Source: Planctomycetota bacterium
GTDB lineage: Bacteria; Planctomycetota; UBA1135; UBA2386
Direction: 5' to 3'
Assembly: GCA_965223545.1 (NCBI GenBank)
Contig: OZ245006.1
Span: 3,040,001-3,104,000, forward strand
Length of the DNA stretch: 64,000 bases
Every line of letters starts with the position of its first letter. Within the stretch, counting starts at the first letter, position 1. A program made the translations under genes and the position numbers. The notes below the pieces were generated by a model. It made no database searches and was not told the origin of the DNA. It worked only from the letters and a program-made list of their open reading frames with translations. This document shows positions 1 through 12,500 of the stretch, piece by piece.

Positions 1-374
1 AAGCCGGCCAGATGCACGACCCCGATCCACCCCTCCATGCGCTCGAGGCTGCTCCACAGGCTGCGCTGCGGATCGAACCCCAGAGCATCCGCAAACGCCG
101 TCACCACGACGAACGCGAGCAGCGCCCACATGGCGAGCGATCGCCGCGGCCGAAACTCCGGGTGCCGGCCGATCAGCACCAGCCAGAGCGCGAACAACAC
201 CGCGGTGAGCGCGCGGAACGCGAAATGCTTGGCGGTGACGGCCGGGTACAGCAGCGCCGGCGATCCCCAGCCGGCAACCACCGGCATCAGCAACGGCACC
301 AGCAAGAGGCCGTAGCGAACCAGGGTCGCGGCCAAGGCCGGTGGCGGCGCGGCGCGCTGGGTCACGGGCGGCAT
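1..374 (-). CDS. O-antigen ligase/polymerase (Wzy_C)-like membrane protein, N-terminal part; runs off the window edge
   Basis: Hand translation from ATG at 374 gives MPPVTQRAAPPP...hydrophobic segments...FDPQRSLWSSLERMEGWIGVVHL. The S-x-W-S-x-x-ERMEG motif is typical of O-antigen-ligase-family proteins. The start lies 6 bp past the upstream stop. It is absent from the ORF track because it is incomplete. Confidence 0.6.
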   Translation of the reverse strand, partial: MPPVTQRAAPPPALAATLVRYGLLLVPLLMPVVAGWGSPALLYPAVTAKHFAFRALTAVLFALWLVLIGRHPEFRPRRSLAMWALLAFVVVTAFADALGFDPQRSLWSSLERMEGWIGVVHLAG

Positions 375-380
375 GACCGG

Positions 381-1718
381 TCAGCGCGGTCGCCAACCGA
401 CCGGCTGCACCCAGGATTGCTGTAAGGCGCCGTCGAACGCCGGGTTCTCCGCCGCCAGCGACGAGGACACGACGGCGCGCACGTAGAGCTCGTCGCCCGC
501 TAGATCGTACGCGGGCGCAGTCCCCTCGACGCGAGCCAGGACTTCACCCACGTCGGCCGAATAGCGGCGCGTGGCGCGCATCACCTTGCCGTCCTGGTCG
601 ACCACCGGTGCGCTGCGGCGGTCGTAGCCGCGCCGCGTGCCGATGAACTCGGTGACGTAGCGGGCACCCGCTTGCGGCCGGATCTGCAGGCGCAATCGCC
701 GAGCGGCCGCGTCGAAGACGACGTCGTCCAGCACGACGCCACTCGAGCCGTAGAACTCACCCTGTTGCATGGCCTCGATCAGGGCGCGCGCGGACAACTC
801 GGCCGCGCGCACCATGATCCAGCCACGGCCCGGCGACGCCCCGTGCTTGCCGAAGTACTGGTGGCTGTCGTCGGTCGCGACGCCGAACAGCGGCGGCGCG
901 CCGAGCTCCGCCAAGCGAATCGTGTTGGCGACGTCCCACATGTCGTCGACGCTGGCATGATCCTTGTCGCCAGCCTGCGCCACGCTGGGATGGCCGTTGA
1001 AGATCTCGAAGAACTGCTCCTCGACGACGTGCGCCAAGTCCTCGGCCGTGATCGCCCAGCCGTAGTTGGGGTGGTTTACGTGCGCGAGGATTGGACCACC
1101 CGAAGCAGCGGCTTCGGCATGCACCGCCTGCAGAATCCGGCGCAACACATCGCGCACGTCGTCCCCGCCCGGAGGCGGAATCGCGCGCACGAGGTTGATC
1201 GCATTGACGTGCAAGGGCAGCGAATCGAACTGATCGGTGATCTCCTCGGCGGTGATCAGGGCGAACCGGCCGGGTTCCTCGAGCAGGCTGCGGACCTCGT
1301 CCAGCCGCTTGAGCCGCACTTGCAGCGCACCGTCGACCCGACGGGTCTCCACCCAGTCTCCTTCGAAAGCACGCCGATAGCGCGATAGGCCGGTCCGACC
1401 ACCGCGGCGGATCACATCATCGTTGTCGATCCACCGCTCGTGATCGGCGACGATGTTGTGGTCCGACAAAGCCAAGAAGTGGTAGCCGCGCTCGCGGTAC
1501 CAGCGGGCCACCATCTCCGGAAAGTCGTTGCCGTCGCTCCAGAGCGTGTGGGTGTGCAGGTTGCCCTTCCACCAACGCGCGGCAGGCAGGGGTCGGGCCG
1601 CACGGGACCCATCGGCATCCGTGGCGTCCCGCTCGGCGACGCGGCAGCCGACGAGCTCGGCGACCAGGCCGCAGGCGATGAGGCCGACACCGAGCCGGAA
1701 TAGCCATCGCGCCAACAC
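381..1718 (-). CDS. PHP-domain metallo-phosphoesterase (CehA/McbA-like), probable lipoprotein
   Basis: Metal-binding motifs KGNLHTHTLWSDG, LSDHN, HVNHP and DDSH. Hydrophobic N-terminus with lipobox-like LVGC. Start estimated at GTG 1718; the ORF is open to 1847. Confidence 0.8.
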   Translation of the reverse strand: MLARWLFRLGVGLIACGLVAELVGCRVAERDATDADGSRAARPLPAARWWKGNLHTHTLWSDGNDFPEMVARWYRERGYHFLALSDHNIVADHERWIDNDDVIRRGGRTGLSRYRRAFEGDWVETRRVDGALQVRLKRLDEVRSLLEEPGRFALITAEEITDQFDSLPLHVNAINLVRAIPPPGGDDVRDVLRRILQAVHAEAAASGGPILAHVNHPNYGWAITAEDLAHVVEEQFFEIFNGHPSVAQAGDKDHASVDDMWDVANTIRLAELGAPPLFGVATDDSHQYFGKHGASPGRGWIMVRAAELSARALIEAMQQGEFYGSSGVVLDDVVFDAAARRLRLQIRPQAGARYVTEFIGTRRGYDRRSAPVVDQDGKVMRATRRYSADVGEVLARVEGTAPAYDLAGDELYVRAVVSSSLAAENPAFDGALQQSWVQPVGWRPR

Positions 1719-1957
1719 GAGCGGCGACGGTAGGGGACGAGGAGGTGCCGGGGCAACGATCCGGTCGGCCAACGGCCGTTGGCACGGGTGCGACCGCCGG
1801 ATCCTGACTCGGGAAGCGCGCCCGAACCGGTTTCCGAGCCAGCGCAAGCTGCGTTATACTACGCAGATCCGTTTCGCGGCCATCGCCGCGTGGGCCCGCG
1901 GGAAAGCCTCCGCCTGGGGATCGGGTTCTCCCCCATTTCACCACTCCTCCCACGACC

Positions 1958-3796
1958 ATGCTTCGACCTCAGTGTTCCGCTGCCCTGTGCATGCTGATCG
2001 CCCTGGGCCACGTCCTCCCCGCCCAGAACTCGGTCCTCGACGCCTACGAGGGCTTTGATTACAGCCAACAGGCCCTGCACAACGCCGCCCGCGGCAACGG
2101 TTTCTCCGCGCCATGGATCGGCGTCGAGCCGGACATCAACGGCCTGGTCAGCTGGTGGCCGTTGGATGGGTCGGCGGGCGATGTGGGCCCCTACGGCAGC
2201 CACGGCACGGAGTTCTTCGCCAAGTACGCGGCGACCACCAACTTGCCGTGGTCCACCGATGCCCTGCTCCTCGATGGCTCCAACCACATCGAGCTGACCG
2301 CGCACTTGAGCCGCTACCTGGCGATGTACGGGGGCACGGTCGCGTACTGGGTGCGCACTTCGGAGAGCGCGCCCAGCCGACCGGTCTTGGTGATCAGCTC
2401 GACCACCATCCCGCGGTATCAGGCAGCGCTCGAGATCAACGCCGGCAACACGACGTTCGATGTCGAAGGCGATGTGTATACCAATGGCGCCGCCCTCCGT
2501 GGGGCGGGCGTTGCGGACGGAAACTGGCACCACGTCGCCATGCGCGCCAACGGCAACGGCGACTGCGACATCTTCGTCGACGGAGCCCGATCCGCGACCC
2601 GCAACGAGGGCTTCTTCGGCTACGCGCCGGCATCCGACGTGATGTTCATCGGCCACTCGGAGGTCGGCGGCCAGGCCAACAACTTCATCGGCGAGATCGA
2701 CGATCTCGCGATCTGGAACAGCGCGCTCACCGACCAAGAGATCGATGACCTCGCCAACAAGCTCTACCCACCGATCGGCGCCGTCGGCACGTCGCTCGGC
2801 CCGGGCCCCACGTTGACCAACCAGTCGCTCAGCAACAGCGCCTACGCCGGGACCGGCCTGGACTCGCGCGGCGGCGCCTTTCGGGACTCGACCGGAATGC
2901 GTGCCATCCGGTTCCTCGGATCGACGATCGACACGACGTCGGCGGGCGAGACGTACATCAGCTTCTTGGCCCGGCGCGAAGACGGCACCGCCACGCGTGG
3001 CCTCGTCATGGAAGCCGCGGAGTTTGGCACGCTAGCGTGTGTCATCGGCTGGACCAACACCGGCAACTGGCAGCTCGGCCTGCGCCGAGGGCTGCAGGGG
3101 CCGGTCATGAACGACGCCACGACTTACTTCTGCGTGGTGCAGATCCTTCGCACGCAGGGCGGTGGTGACGCCATTTCGTTGAAGGCGTACGCGCCCGGCG
3201 AGACCGTACACACCGACCCGTCGCAGCTGTCCGGCGTCGGCACCGCCGCGAACAACTGGACCATGACCGTCTCCGAGCGCAGCCAGGTCGTCGCAACGCA
3301 CCTGTTGATTACGCCGCAGTCCACGGACCCCACCAATGACGGGGTGGCCCTCTTGGACGAGCTCCGCATCGGCTCGACCTGGGAGACCGCCACGTCGAAG
3401 TGGTTCGGTCAGGGCTGTGGTGGCCTGACGATCGGCACCAACAACTCCGCGGAACTCGGCAGCAGGAACTTCGCGGTGACGCTGTCGGGCGCGCAGTCCT
3501 CGAGCCCTGCGTTCTTGTTCCTCGGCCTGAGCAACGCGGTCTGGTTCAGCAACCTTCTGCCCCTGGACCTCACCAGCAACGGCGCCCCCGGCTGCTTCCT
3601 GCTGGCCGCACCCGACGGCATCCTCAACAACTCCACGAGCGCGGGGGGGACCGCCAGCCAGCCCCTGCCGATCCCCAACCTCGCCCCTCTCGGTGGCCTG
3701 TGGTTGTTCGCACAGTGGATGGCCGCGGACTCGTCGACGCCAAACCCGTTGAAGGCCGGCTTCTCGAATGGCCATCAGATCCTGCTGCACCACTGA
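1958..3796 (+). CDS. Secreted LamG/concanavalin-A-like jelly-roll protein with the shared C-terminal domain
   Basis: Signal peptide ending LPA|Q. LamG signatures LVSWWPLDG, DGNWHHVA, IFVDG and FIGEIDDLAIWNSALTDQEI. C-terminal FGQGC...LPLDL..GAPGC...LFAQW domain. Confidence 0.8.
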   Translation: MLRPQCSAALCMLIALGHVLPAQNSVLDAYEGFDYSQQALHNAARGNGFSAPWIGVEPDINGLVSWWPLDGSAGDVGPYGSHGTEFFAKYAATTNLPWSTDALLLDGSNHIELTAHLSRYLAMYGGTVAYWVRTSESAPSRPVLVISSTTIPRYQAALEINAGNTTFDVEGDVYTNGAALRGAGVADGNWHHVAMRANGNGDCDIFVDGARSATRNEGFFGYAPASDVMFIGHSEVGGQANNFIGEIDDLAIWNSALTDQEIDDLANKLYPPIGAVGTSLGPGPTLTNQSLSNSAYAGTGLDSRGGAFRDSTGMRAIRFLGSTIDTTSAGETYISFLARREDGTATRGLVMEAAEFGTLACVIGWTNTGNWQLGLRRGLQGPVMNDATTYFCVVQILRTQGGGDAISLKAYAPGETVHTDPSQLSGVGTAANNWTMTVSERSQVVATHLLITPQSTDPTNDGVALLDELRIGSTWETATSKWFGQGCGGLTIGTNNSAELGSRNFAVTLSGAQSSSPAFLFLGLSNAVWFSNLLPLDLTSNGAPGCFLLAAPDGILNNSTSAGGTASQPLPIPNLAPLGGLWLFAQWMAADSSTPNPLKAGFSNGHQILLHH

Positions 3797-3860
3797 CGCC
3801 CGTCCGTCCCGCCGTTGAACGAGATCCCCCACAGCGCGTGGGCCTGAGCGCGTCTCCGCC

Positions 3861-5075
3861 GTGACGAAGACGCTCGTCATGACCTTCCCGACCACGCTCG
3901 GGGTGCTCGGCGGCGGCACGGTCGGCTGCATCGAGATCGTGCGGGCGCTACAGCAGGCCGGCGTGCAGGTCATCCTCTGCCTGGCCGACACGCGCATCCT
4001 CAACCGCGGCGTGTTCCGCTGCCCACCGCTCGAGGAGGAGTACCAGGGACGCGAGGCGGAGCAGATGCTGCGCGACCTGGGCGTCGAGATCGTGCGCGTG
4101 CCGCCGGTGCGCAGCCACTTTCTCTACGACTGCCTGCCGATGCGCGACGTCGTGCTGAGGCTGTGCGACCAGCGGCCCGTCGACGCCGTGCTCGGCTGGC
4201 ACCACGAGCTGACCAAGCTGCCGATCCCGCTCGCCAAGCGTGGCATCCCCACCGGCATGTTCGTCGCGGGGTGGTACAACCGGTTTCGGCGGCATGAGAT
4301 CCGCGCCAACGGCGGCAACCTCAAGGAACGCTGGAAGCTGCGGGCGGAGAAGCACTTCCTGCGTCAGGGTCTGGAAGGAGTCGATTGCGTCTTCGCCATC
4401 TCGCAGTGGTCGCGCAGCGAGATCGTCGACGTCTTCGACCTCGACGCCAACCGAGTGCACGTGGTGTATTGGGGTGTCGACCCTGTGTTCGCGACCCCCA
4501 CCCGCGAGCCGCGGGACCAGGTGCGCAACTTCCTGTTCTACGGCTCACAGAACCCCCGCAAGGGCGCCCTCGAAGCCATGGAGGCGCTCGCCAGCTTGGC
4601 GGAGAAGGGGCAGCGGGACTGGGTCTACAAGGTGGTGTGGCTGCACACCGACAGGGTCGCGGCGCGGGCGGCGGAGCTCGGCATCAGCGAGCAAGTGGTA
4701 CCGATCGCGCCGATGGACCACGCGGGCCTCGTGCGCGAGCTGCAATGGGCGCAAGTCGCCGTGCTCCCCTCGCTGTTCGAATCGTTCGGCCTGGCCTGCG
4801 CGGAAGCGCTCACCAGCGGCATCCCGGTGATCGCCTACGACTGCGCGGGGGTACCGGAGGTCGTGCGCCACGGGGTCGACGGCTGGCTGGTGGAGAACGG
4901 GCGCAAGGAGCAGCTCGAGCACCCGATCGCCGAGGCGATCGCGCAGCCGCGCCGCACGTTCGAGATGGGACTCGCGGGCCGCGAGCGGGCGCAACGGGAC
5001 TTCACTTGGAGCCAGGCAGCAACCTCCCTGCTCGAGCACCTGGACGCCGCTCGCGACCGGCGACAAAGAGCCTGA
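3861..5075 (+). CDS. Glycosyltransferase family 4 (GT-B fold)
   Basis: PSLFESFGLACAEALTSGIPVI (E-x7-E motif), PRKG, GVPEVVRHGVDGWLV, FTWS. Confidence 0.92.
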   Translation: MTKTLVMTFPTTLGVLGGGTVGCIEIVRALQQAGVQVILCLADTRILNRGVFRCPPLEEEYQGREAEQMLRDLGVEIVRVPPVRSHFLYDCLPMRDVVLRLCDQRPVDAVLGWHHELTKLPIPLAKRGIPTGMFVAGWYNRFRRHEIRANGGNLKERWKLRAEKHFLRQGLEGVDCVFAISQWSRSEIVDVFDLDANRVHVVYWGVDPVFATPTREPRDQVRNFLFYGSQNPRKGALEAMEALASLAEKGQRDWVYKVVWLHTDRVAARAAELGISEQVVPIAPMDHAGLVRELQWAQVAVLPSLFESFGLACAEALTSGIPVIAYDCAGVPEVVRHGVDGWLVENGRKEQLEHPIAEAIAQPRRTFEMGLAGRERAQRDFTWSQAATSLLEHLDAARDRRQRA

Positions 5076-5223
5076 AGACGCGCTTTCTCGAGTCCGATCG
5101 CCGCCGCCCCGGACGCCAGTGATCTGGCCCGGCGCACTTCGTGACCCGTCAGCGGAACGGAGTTTGCAACTCGGGTTGCACTGCCCCCCATCCCTCCCGT
5201 TCCAAAGAAGGAGTCGGACGAGA

Positions 5224-6528
5224 ATGCAATCACAACGCCCCCGCGGCGGCCTCGCGCTGCCGGCACTACTCGCCACCATCGCCACAACTGCAGCGGCCCA
5301 AGATCGTTGTGGCACGCCCGCCGCGCCTCGCGTGGCGCCCTCGCCCACTCTACGGACGACCGCATCCGACTGCGACCTCGGGTCCACCAACCCCGACCCG
5401 CGCTATGCGCCGACGGTCCTGTATCGGATCCCCGTCGTCATGCACGTGATCGAGCACACGAACGGATGGGGCGCGGTCACCGACCAGCAAGTTCAAGAAC
5501 AGATCGACATCCTCAACGAGGACTTCCGCGCGCTGCCGGGGACCCTCGGCGCCAACGGCTACGACACGATGGTCGAGTTCTACCTCGCGACCAGTGATCC
5601 CGAAGGCAACCCGACCAACGGGATCACCCGGTCGGTCAACAACAACTGGTTCCAGGACAAAGGCGCGTACTGGGAGAGCTTGGCCTGGGACACGTCGCGC
5701 TACCTCAACATCTACAGCAACACCGCCTCCAACTTCCTCGGCTACGTGCCGGACTTCCCCGCCAGCGGCACCTTGGTCGGAACCACGCGGGATCGCGTGG
5801 TCATCCACTGGCGAACGGTCGGCCGCGTGCCCTCGTTCGGCCCTCCGTTCCATCTGGGCCGCACGGCGACCCACGAGGTCGGGCACTACCTCGGCCTCTA
5901 TCACCCGTTCCAAGGCGGCTGCGACACGGCCGGCTGCTACGTCAGCGGCGACCTCATCTGTGACACCAACGACCAGGCCCAGCCGCTGTTCGGCTGCACG
6001 AACGCGAACAGCTGTGGCACGCCCGACCCGATCGACAACTACATGGGCTACGCCGACGACGACTGCATGATGCGGTTCACCGCCGAGCAAGCACTGCGCA
6101 TGCGCTGCACCTTCGAGAACTGGCGCCCCGACCTCGGCGCGCAGTGCGCGGTGGCCAGCGTCGGCTACCGCAACTCCGGCGCCAACGTCGACAGCTACGC
6201 GGCCTCCCGACCGATCCTGGGCAGCACGTTCCAAGCCACCGTCGACCTCACCACGACGGGACACACCAGCGCGGTCATCCTCGGCTACGACCGGGGGGAC
6301 ACGCTGGCCGTCATGAACGGTTACTTCCTGCTCGTCGATCCCAGCTCGACGCCGAGCGCGTGGTTCCCACCGGTCGTGCTCAACGGTCCGACCGCTCAGC
6401 TGAGCTACGCGATCCCGAACGACAGCGCCCTGTGTGGCCTGCGCATCTTCACGCAGGCGGTCCACGCCGGCGGCGCACCGGGGATCGCGCTCTCCAACGC
6501 GCAGGACCTGCTCTTCGGCACACAGTAG
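5224..6528 (+). CDS. Secreted zinc metalloprotease, M43 (pappalysin/ulilysin) family, with C-terminal domain
   Basis: HEVGHYLGLYH zinc motif, NYMGY Met-turn, RCGT pro-segment, IPVVMHVI. AGGAG upstream of ATG 5224. Signal peptide AAA|Q. Confidence 0.92.
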   Translation: MQSQRPRGGLALPALLATIATTAAAQDRCGTPAAPRVAPSPTLRTTASDCDLGSTNPDPRYAPTVLYRIPVVMHVIEHTNGWGAVTDQQVQEQIDILNEDFRALPGTLGANGYDTMVEFYLATSDPEGNPTNGITRSVNNNWFQDKGAYWESLAWDTSRYLNIYSNTASNFLGYVPDFPASGTLVGTTRDRVVIHWRTVGRVPSFGPPFHLGRTATHEVGHYLGLYHPFQGGCDTAGCYVSGDLICDTNDQAQPLFGCTNANSCGTPDPIDNYMGYADDDCMMRFTAEQALRMRCTFENWRPDLGAQCAVASVGYRNSGANVDSYAASRPILGSTFQATVDLTTTGHTSAVILGYDRGDTLAVMNGYFLLVDPSSTPSAWFPPVVLNGPTAQLSYAIPNDSALCGLRIFTQAVHAGGAPGIALSNAQDLLFGTQ

Positions 6529-6550
6529 CGACCGAGCCAGCGCGCGGCGA

Positions 6551-9500
6551 TCACTTCGGCATCTTCGCCATCGACGCCGCGAACCGAGCCGCCTGCACGT
6601 ACTTGCCGAGCTCCTCGACGGTCGGTGACTCGAGGACGGTGCGCAGCGGCACACCCACCGCCAACCGCTCCTTCAGGCGTCCGATCATGCGGTTGGCGAG
6701 CAGCGAGTCGAAGCCGAGCTCGAACAGGTTGTCGTGCACACCGACTTCGCCGATCCCGATCAGCTCGCCAACCACCGCCGCGATCTCGCACTCGATCTCC
6801 GAGCTCGGCGCGACGTATCGGGTCGCCAGCTGCGGCCGGGCGTGCGCCTGGACGCCACTCGCCTGCTCCTCCGCCGGCGCGGCATCGGTGGCGCCAAGCT
6901 CACCGCGGCTCCTCGCCCAGCGCAGCTCGAGATCGCCTGGCACCACCAGCACCTCGGGCAGCGGATTGCGGAGCAGCCGGGCGAACGCGTCGCCTCCCTC
7001 GGCGGCGCGAATCGCGTCGCGCAGCGCCGCCTCGCGCGCGCTCCTCTGCTCGGCAGTCGCGTCGGCCGCAAGCGCGTCGGCGGCGAACCCGACGTCCGCC
7101 CACGCATCCCACTGCGCGGCGATCCATGCCGCCCCGCCGGCCCCTTCGCGCGCCAGAGCCCACGCGTCGAGCACCGCGTTGGCGGCGACGTAGTCGGCGA
7201 GCCCGATCCCGCCGAGCAACGTGCTGACCGAAGAGCACAGCAGCACGAAGTCGCGTGGCGCGTCGCCGAGCACCTCGGCGAGAACGCGCGTACCGGCAAC
7301 CTTGGCAGCGAGGGTCGCGGCGGCCTGCGCGGAATCCGGCTCATCGAGCATCCGGTGGGCGATCGCACCGGCGGCGTGCACCACACCGTCGATGGTGCCC
7401 GTGTGGCCGAGTGCCCGCTCGACCACGCCGGCCATGGCAGCCGCGTCGGTGACATCCGCGGTCTCCACGACCACGCGAGCACCCGCCGCCTCGAGCTCCA
7501 TCACCGCCTGGATGCGGCGCGCCGCTCGGTCGGTCGGCGGCTCGCCACCCGGCGCTTGCGGCCAGGAGGAGCGCGGTGGGAGCGGACTCCGGCCCACCAG
7601 CACGAGCACGACGCCGGCACTCTCGGCCAACCGACGAGCGAGGGCCAGACCGATGCCACCCAAGCCGCCAGTGATCAAGTACACGCCCTTGACGCGCCCC
7701 GGCGCACCGTCCGCCGGCGGCAGGGGTGCCGGCACGATGGACCGCACCCAGCGCTGGCGACCCCGGTAGGCGACGACCCGGTCCGCACTCTCGCCGCGCG
7801 CCTCGGCGAGCACCTGCGCCGCCACGGCGGTGGCGTCGGTCTCGCGTTCCAACAGCACGTCGATGCTGCGGCAGGTCACCAGCGGAGATTCTTGGCCCAA
7901 CACCAACGCCGGCCCGAAGACGGCCGCTCGCTCCGGCCGCCGCACGGTGACTCCGCCGGCGTCGCGCAGCTGGTTGCTGACGACCTCGAGCTGGGCGGAC
8001 TGGTTGGCGAGGACCTGGGCGAGCGCGACCAGACTGTCGAAGCCCGCCCGCAGGTCGCGATCGTCGTCCGCCGCACCGGGCGCCGCGTCCACGACAGCGC
8101 CCAAGTGCACGACGATCATCCGCCGGTCGGCCTGGCGCGCCCGCCCGAGTTCGGCGGCGAACTCCTCCCGTCCCAGCGCGGCCCGACAACGCCGCACCGG
8201 ATCGCCGGCCTCGGCGAGCGCGCGCTGCAGGGCGTCGCCCAGCCCGTTCCCGTCGCCGACCAACAGCCAGCACGCAGGCCCGGCGGCGGCAGCCGGCACT
8301 GCGGCCGCGGTGCGCCGCCAGCCCGGGGTGAAGAACCAACGTCCGACGTCGTCGTTGCGCCCGACCGCCGGCGTTCCCGCCCCGGCCGAATCACCAGAGC
8401 CAGCAGCATCCGCATCCACCCAGTGGCGCACGCGGGCAAAGGGATAGGTCGGCAGGGAGACCCGGCGCACCGGTGCCTCACCGTGCGTTGCGCGCCAGTC
8501 CAGCGCAACGTCCGCGAGCCACAGCCGCGCCGCCGCCGCAGACAACGCCTCGCCGTCCGACACCGTGTCCTGCGGGTGCCGCATCGAGCTCACCACCACC
8601 CGGCCGGCAACTCCCTGCTGCTTCGACAGCGCGCTCAGCGTCTGCCCCGGGCCGACTTCCAGCAGCACCAGCCCCTCCTCCGCCAACAGCCTGCCCGCGC
8701 CATCCGCGAACCGCACCGCGTGCCGCAGGTTGCGTCCCCAATACTCCGGCGCCTGCCAGTCCTCGGCCGCGATCCAGTCCCCCGTCACCGTCGACACACA
8801 CCGCGCACCGGCCGGTTGTCGAGAAACCGCCGCCACCGCCCGCTCGAACTCCGCGACGATCGGCTCCATCATCGACGAGTGGAACGCGTGGCTCGTGTGC
8901 AACGGCCGGCACGGCAGGTCGCGCTCCGACAGCTCCGCCTCCAACGCCGACACGGCGGCGTGCGGGCCCGACACCACGCACGAGCGCGGCCCGTTCACCG
9001 CGGCCAGCGACAGCTCACCGCCGGCCGGCAGCTGGCCGAGCAGCGCTCCAACCTCCGCCTCGCCCAGCGGCACGCTCAGCATCGCGCCACCCGGCAGCGC
9101 CTGCATCAACCGACCCCGCAGCGCGACCAGCGCCAGCGCGTCCGACAGCTCGAACACACCCGCCAACGTCGCCGCCACGAACTCGCCGATGCTGTGGCCC
9201 AAGAACGCCGACGGCACCACGCCGAACGACCGCCACAGCTCCGCCAGCGCGTACTCCACCGCGAAGATCGCCGGCTGCGTCCATCGGGTCTGCTGCAGCC
9301 GCTCGGCGTCTTCCGCCGACGGCGACGCCGGATACAGCAGCGCGCGCAGGTCTCCCTCCAGGTGCGGTTGCAGCAGCTCGGCGCACCGGTCCAGCGCGGC
9401 GCGGAACACCGGGTAGCCCTCGTACAACGACCGCCCCATGCCGACGTACTGCGCGCCCTGTCCGGGGAACAAGAACGCGACCCGTGCCTCACCGTCGCCC

Positions 9501-12500
9501 CGCGCTCCCGCCAGCACGCGCTTGGCATCCCCACCGGCCAGCACCTCGGCCGCGTCGGCGGCATCGCGCACCACCAGCGCGCGCCGGTGCGCCAGCCCCG
9601 AACGGCTCGCCTGCGTGGTCCACGCCACGTCTTGCAAACCCTGCTCCGGGTGCGCGCGCAGGTGCGCCGCCAACCGCGCCGACATCTCGTCCAGCGCCGC
9701 CACCGTGTGCGCCGACAGCGTCAGCACCTCGCATTCGCGCGTCGCCTCGGCCGGCACCGGCCGCGCCGGCGCCTCCTCCAGCACGGCGTGCGCGTTCGTC
9801 CCGCCCAGACCGAACGAGCTCACCGCGGCACGGCGTGGAACCGAGCCACGCTGCCACGTGCGGTATGCCGCGTTGACGAAGAATGGAGACGCCGCGAAGT
9901 CGATCTCCGGGTTGGGCCGCTCGTAGTGCAGGCTCGGCGGAATCGCCTCGTTCTGCAGGGCAAGTACCGCCTTGATGAAGCCGGCGATGCCGGCGGCGGC
10001 ATCGAGATGCCCCATGTTCGACTTGACCGAGCCGATGGCGCAGAACTGGCGATCGACCGTCGCTGCGGAATAAGCCTTCGACAGCGCGGCGATCTCGATG
10101 GGGTCGCCCAGCGTCGTCGCCGTGCCGTGACACTCGACGTAGCCGATGCTGCGCGGATCGACGCCGGCCATGCTCTGCGCCATGGCGACGACCTCGGCCT
10201 GCCCGTCGACGCTGGGCGCGGTGAAGCCGACCTTGTTGGCGCCATCGTTGTTCATCGCCGCGCCGCGCACGACGGCCCGCACCGGGTCGCCGTCGGCGAG
10301 CGCATCGGCCAGCCGTTTGAGTACGACGACTCCACAGCCATCGCCACTCAGCGTCCCCTTCGCCGCGGCATCGAACGGCCGGCAGTGCCCGTCCGGCGAC
10401 AGGATCTGCCCCTCCTCGTAGAGGTGCCCCGTCTTCTGCGGGAAATTGATCTGCACGCCCCCCGCCAGCGCCATGTCGCACTGGAAGTCGCGCAGACTCT
10501 GGCAGGCTTGCACCACCGCCACCAGCGAGGTCGAGCACGCGGTGTCGACTTCCACGCTCGGCCCCTTGAGGTCCAACTTGTAGGACACCCTGGTCGTCAA
10601 GAACCCCGAGTAGTTGAGCAGGAACACCTGGAACGGCGACATCGACGCCAAGAAGCGCGCGTTGCGCAACAGCTGGTTGCGCCGGTAGCTGTTCGGTCCA
10701 CAGCCGGCGAAGACGCCGACCGACCCCGCCCGGAGCGGGTCGTAGCCCGCGTCCTCGAGCGCGGCGTGCGCGACCTGCAAGAACACACGGTGTTGCGGGT
10801 CCATCGCGTCCGCTTCGCGCGGATTGACGCCGAACGCCTCGGCGTCGAACAGATCGGCGTCTTCGAGCACGGCCCGCGCCCGCACGTAGTCGTCGCGGTC
10901 GAGCCAAGCCGGATCGACACCTGCAGCGAGGACCTCTTCGTCGGAGAAGAAGCTCACGCACTCGATCCCGTCGGCCAAGTTGCGCCAGTATGCGTCGACG
11001 TCGGGTGCCTTGGGAAAGCGCGCCGCGATGCCGATCACCGCGATCGCCTCGCCGTCCGCCGCCGCATCGCCCCGGCGGACAAGCCGCGCGCGCACCGCCG
11101 CGAACGCGTCCTCCTCCCCATCGCCGCCCCGCAGGTGCGCCGCCATCGCGCCCACCGTCGGATACTGGAACACCTCCGCGATCGACAGCTCCACGCCACA
11201 GCGCTCCGCCAAACGCCGCCGCAGCTGCACGATCAGCAGCGAGTGGCCACCCAGGTCGAAGAAGTTGTCGCCGCGCCCGACCCGCTCGACCTCCAACAGC
11301 TCCCGCCAAATCGCCGCGACCTCTTCCTCCAGCTCCCCCGACGGCGCCACGTACCCCGCACCGCCGCGCGCTCCCACCTCGCGCCCCATCAGCGCCGCGC
11401 GGTCCACCTTGCCGTTCGGCGTCAGCGGATACTCCGCCAGCTCCACCAGCACACCCGGCACCATGTACTCCGGCAGCGAACCGCGCAGATGCTCGCGCAG
11501 CGCGCCCTCCGTCGCCTCCGCGTTGCCCGGCTCGACGCGGTAGAAGCCCACCAGCTGCACGTCGCCGCGCCGTTTGGTCTGCGCCACCACCACCGCGTCT
11601 CGCACGCCGCCGTGCCCCGCCAGCACCGCCTCGATCTCGCCCAGCTCGATCCGGAAGCCGCGCACCTTCACCTGGTGGTCGATCCGGCCCAAGAACTCCA
11701 GCTCACCCGCGTTCGTGTAGCGCGCGAGGTCGCCCGTCTCGTAGATCCGACCCGTCTCCGCAAACGGGTGCGCCACGAACTTCTCCGCCGTCAGCGCATC
11801 GCGACGCCAGTAGCCCCGCGCCAGCCCGTCACCGCCCAAGAACAGCTTGCCGGGAACACCCACCGGCACCGGCTGGCCGTGCCGGTCCAGCAGGTACACC
11901 TCCGTGTTCGCGATCGGCGCACCGATCGGCACCGGACCGCTCCCCGACTCCACCCGGCCGCACAGCGACCAGATCGTCGTCTCCGTCGGCCCGTACATGT
12001 TCCACACTTCGCCCACCAGCGGCAGCAGCCGCTCCGCCAGCTCACGCGGAAACGCCTCGCCGCCGCACAGCACCTTCAGCCCCGACAGGCCGCCCCATCC
12101 CGACTCCAGCAGCAGGTGCCACGTCGCCGGCGTCGCCTGCATCACCGTCGCGCCACACGACTCCATCAGCGCCGCCAGCTGCTCGCCGTCGCTCGCCTGC
12201 GCGCTCGTCGCGATCTCCACCCGGCCGCCGACCAACAGCGGCAGGTACAGCTCCAGGCCCGCGATGTCGAACGAGATCGTCGTCACCCCGAGCAGCGTGT
12301 CCTCGCTCCCCATCCCCGGGCTCGACGCCATCGCGCACAGAAAGTTCAGCAGCGCCCGGTGCTCGATCTGCACCCCCTTCGGCCGCCCCGTCGAACCCGA
12401 CGTGAAGATCACGTACGCCAGATCACCGGGCCCCGCCGCCGGCGCCAGCGGCGCGGCGCTTTGCGCGGCGATCGCCGCTCGCGTCCCTTCCTCCTCGAGG

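Noticed and set aside
6405..6580. Alternative frame at the end of hybrid 1 reading DGEDAEVI, like a frameshifted acidic docking tail
   Set aside because: That frame does not stop there and would run ~120 bp into the convergent protease gene. The annotated end aligns with hybrid 2. It cannot be supported without reads.
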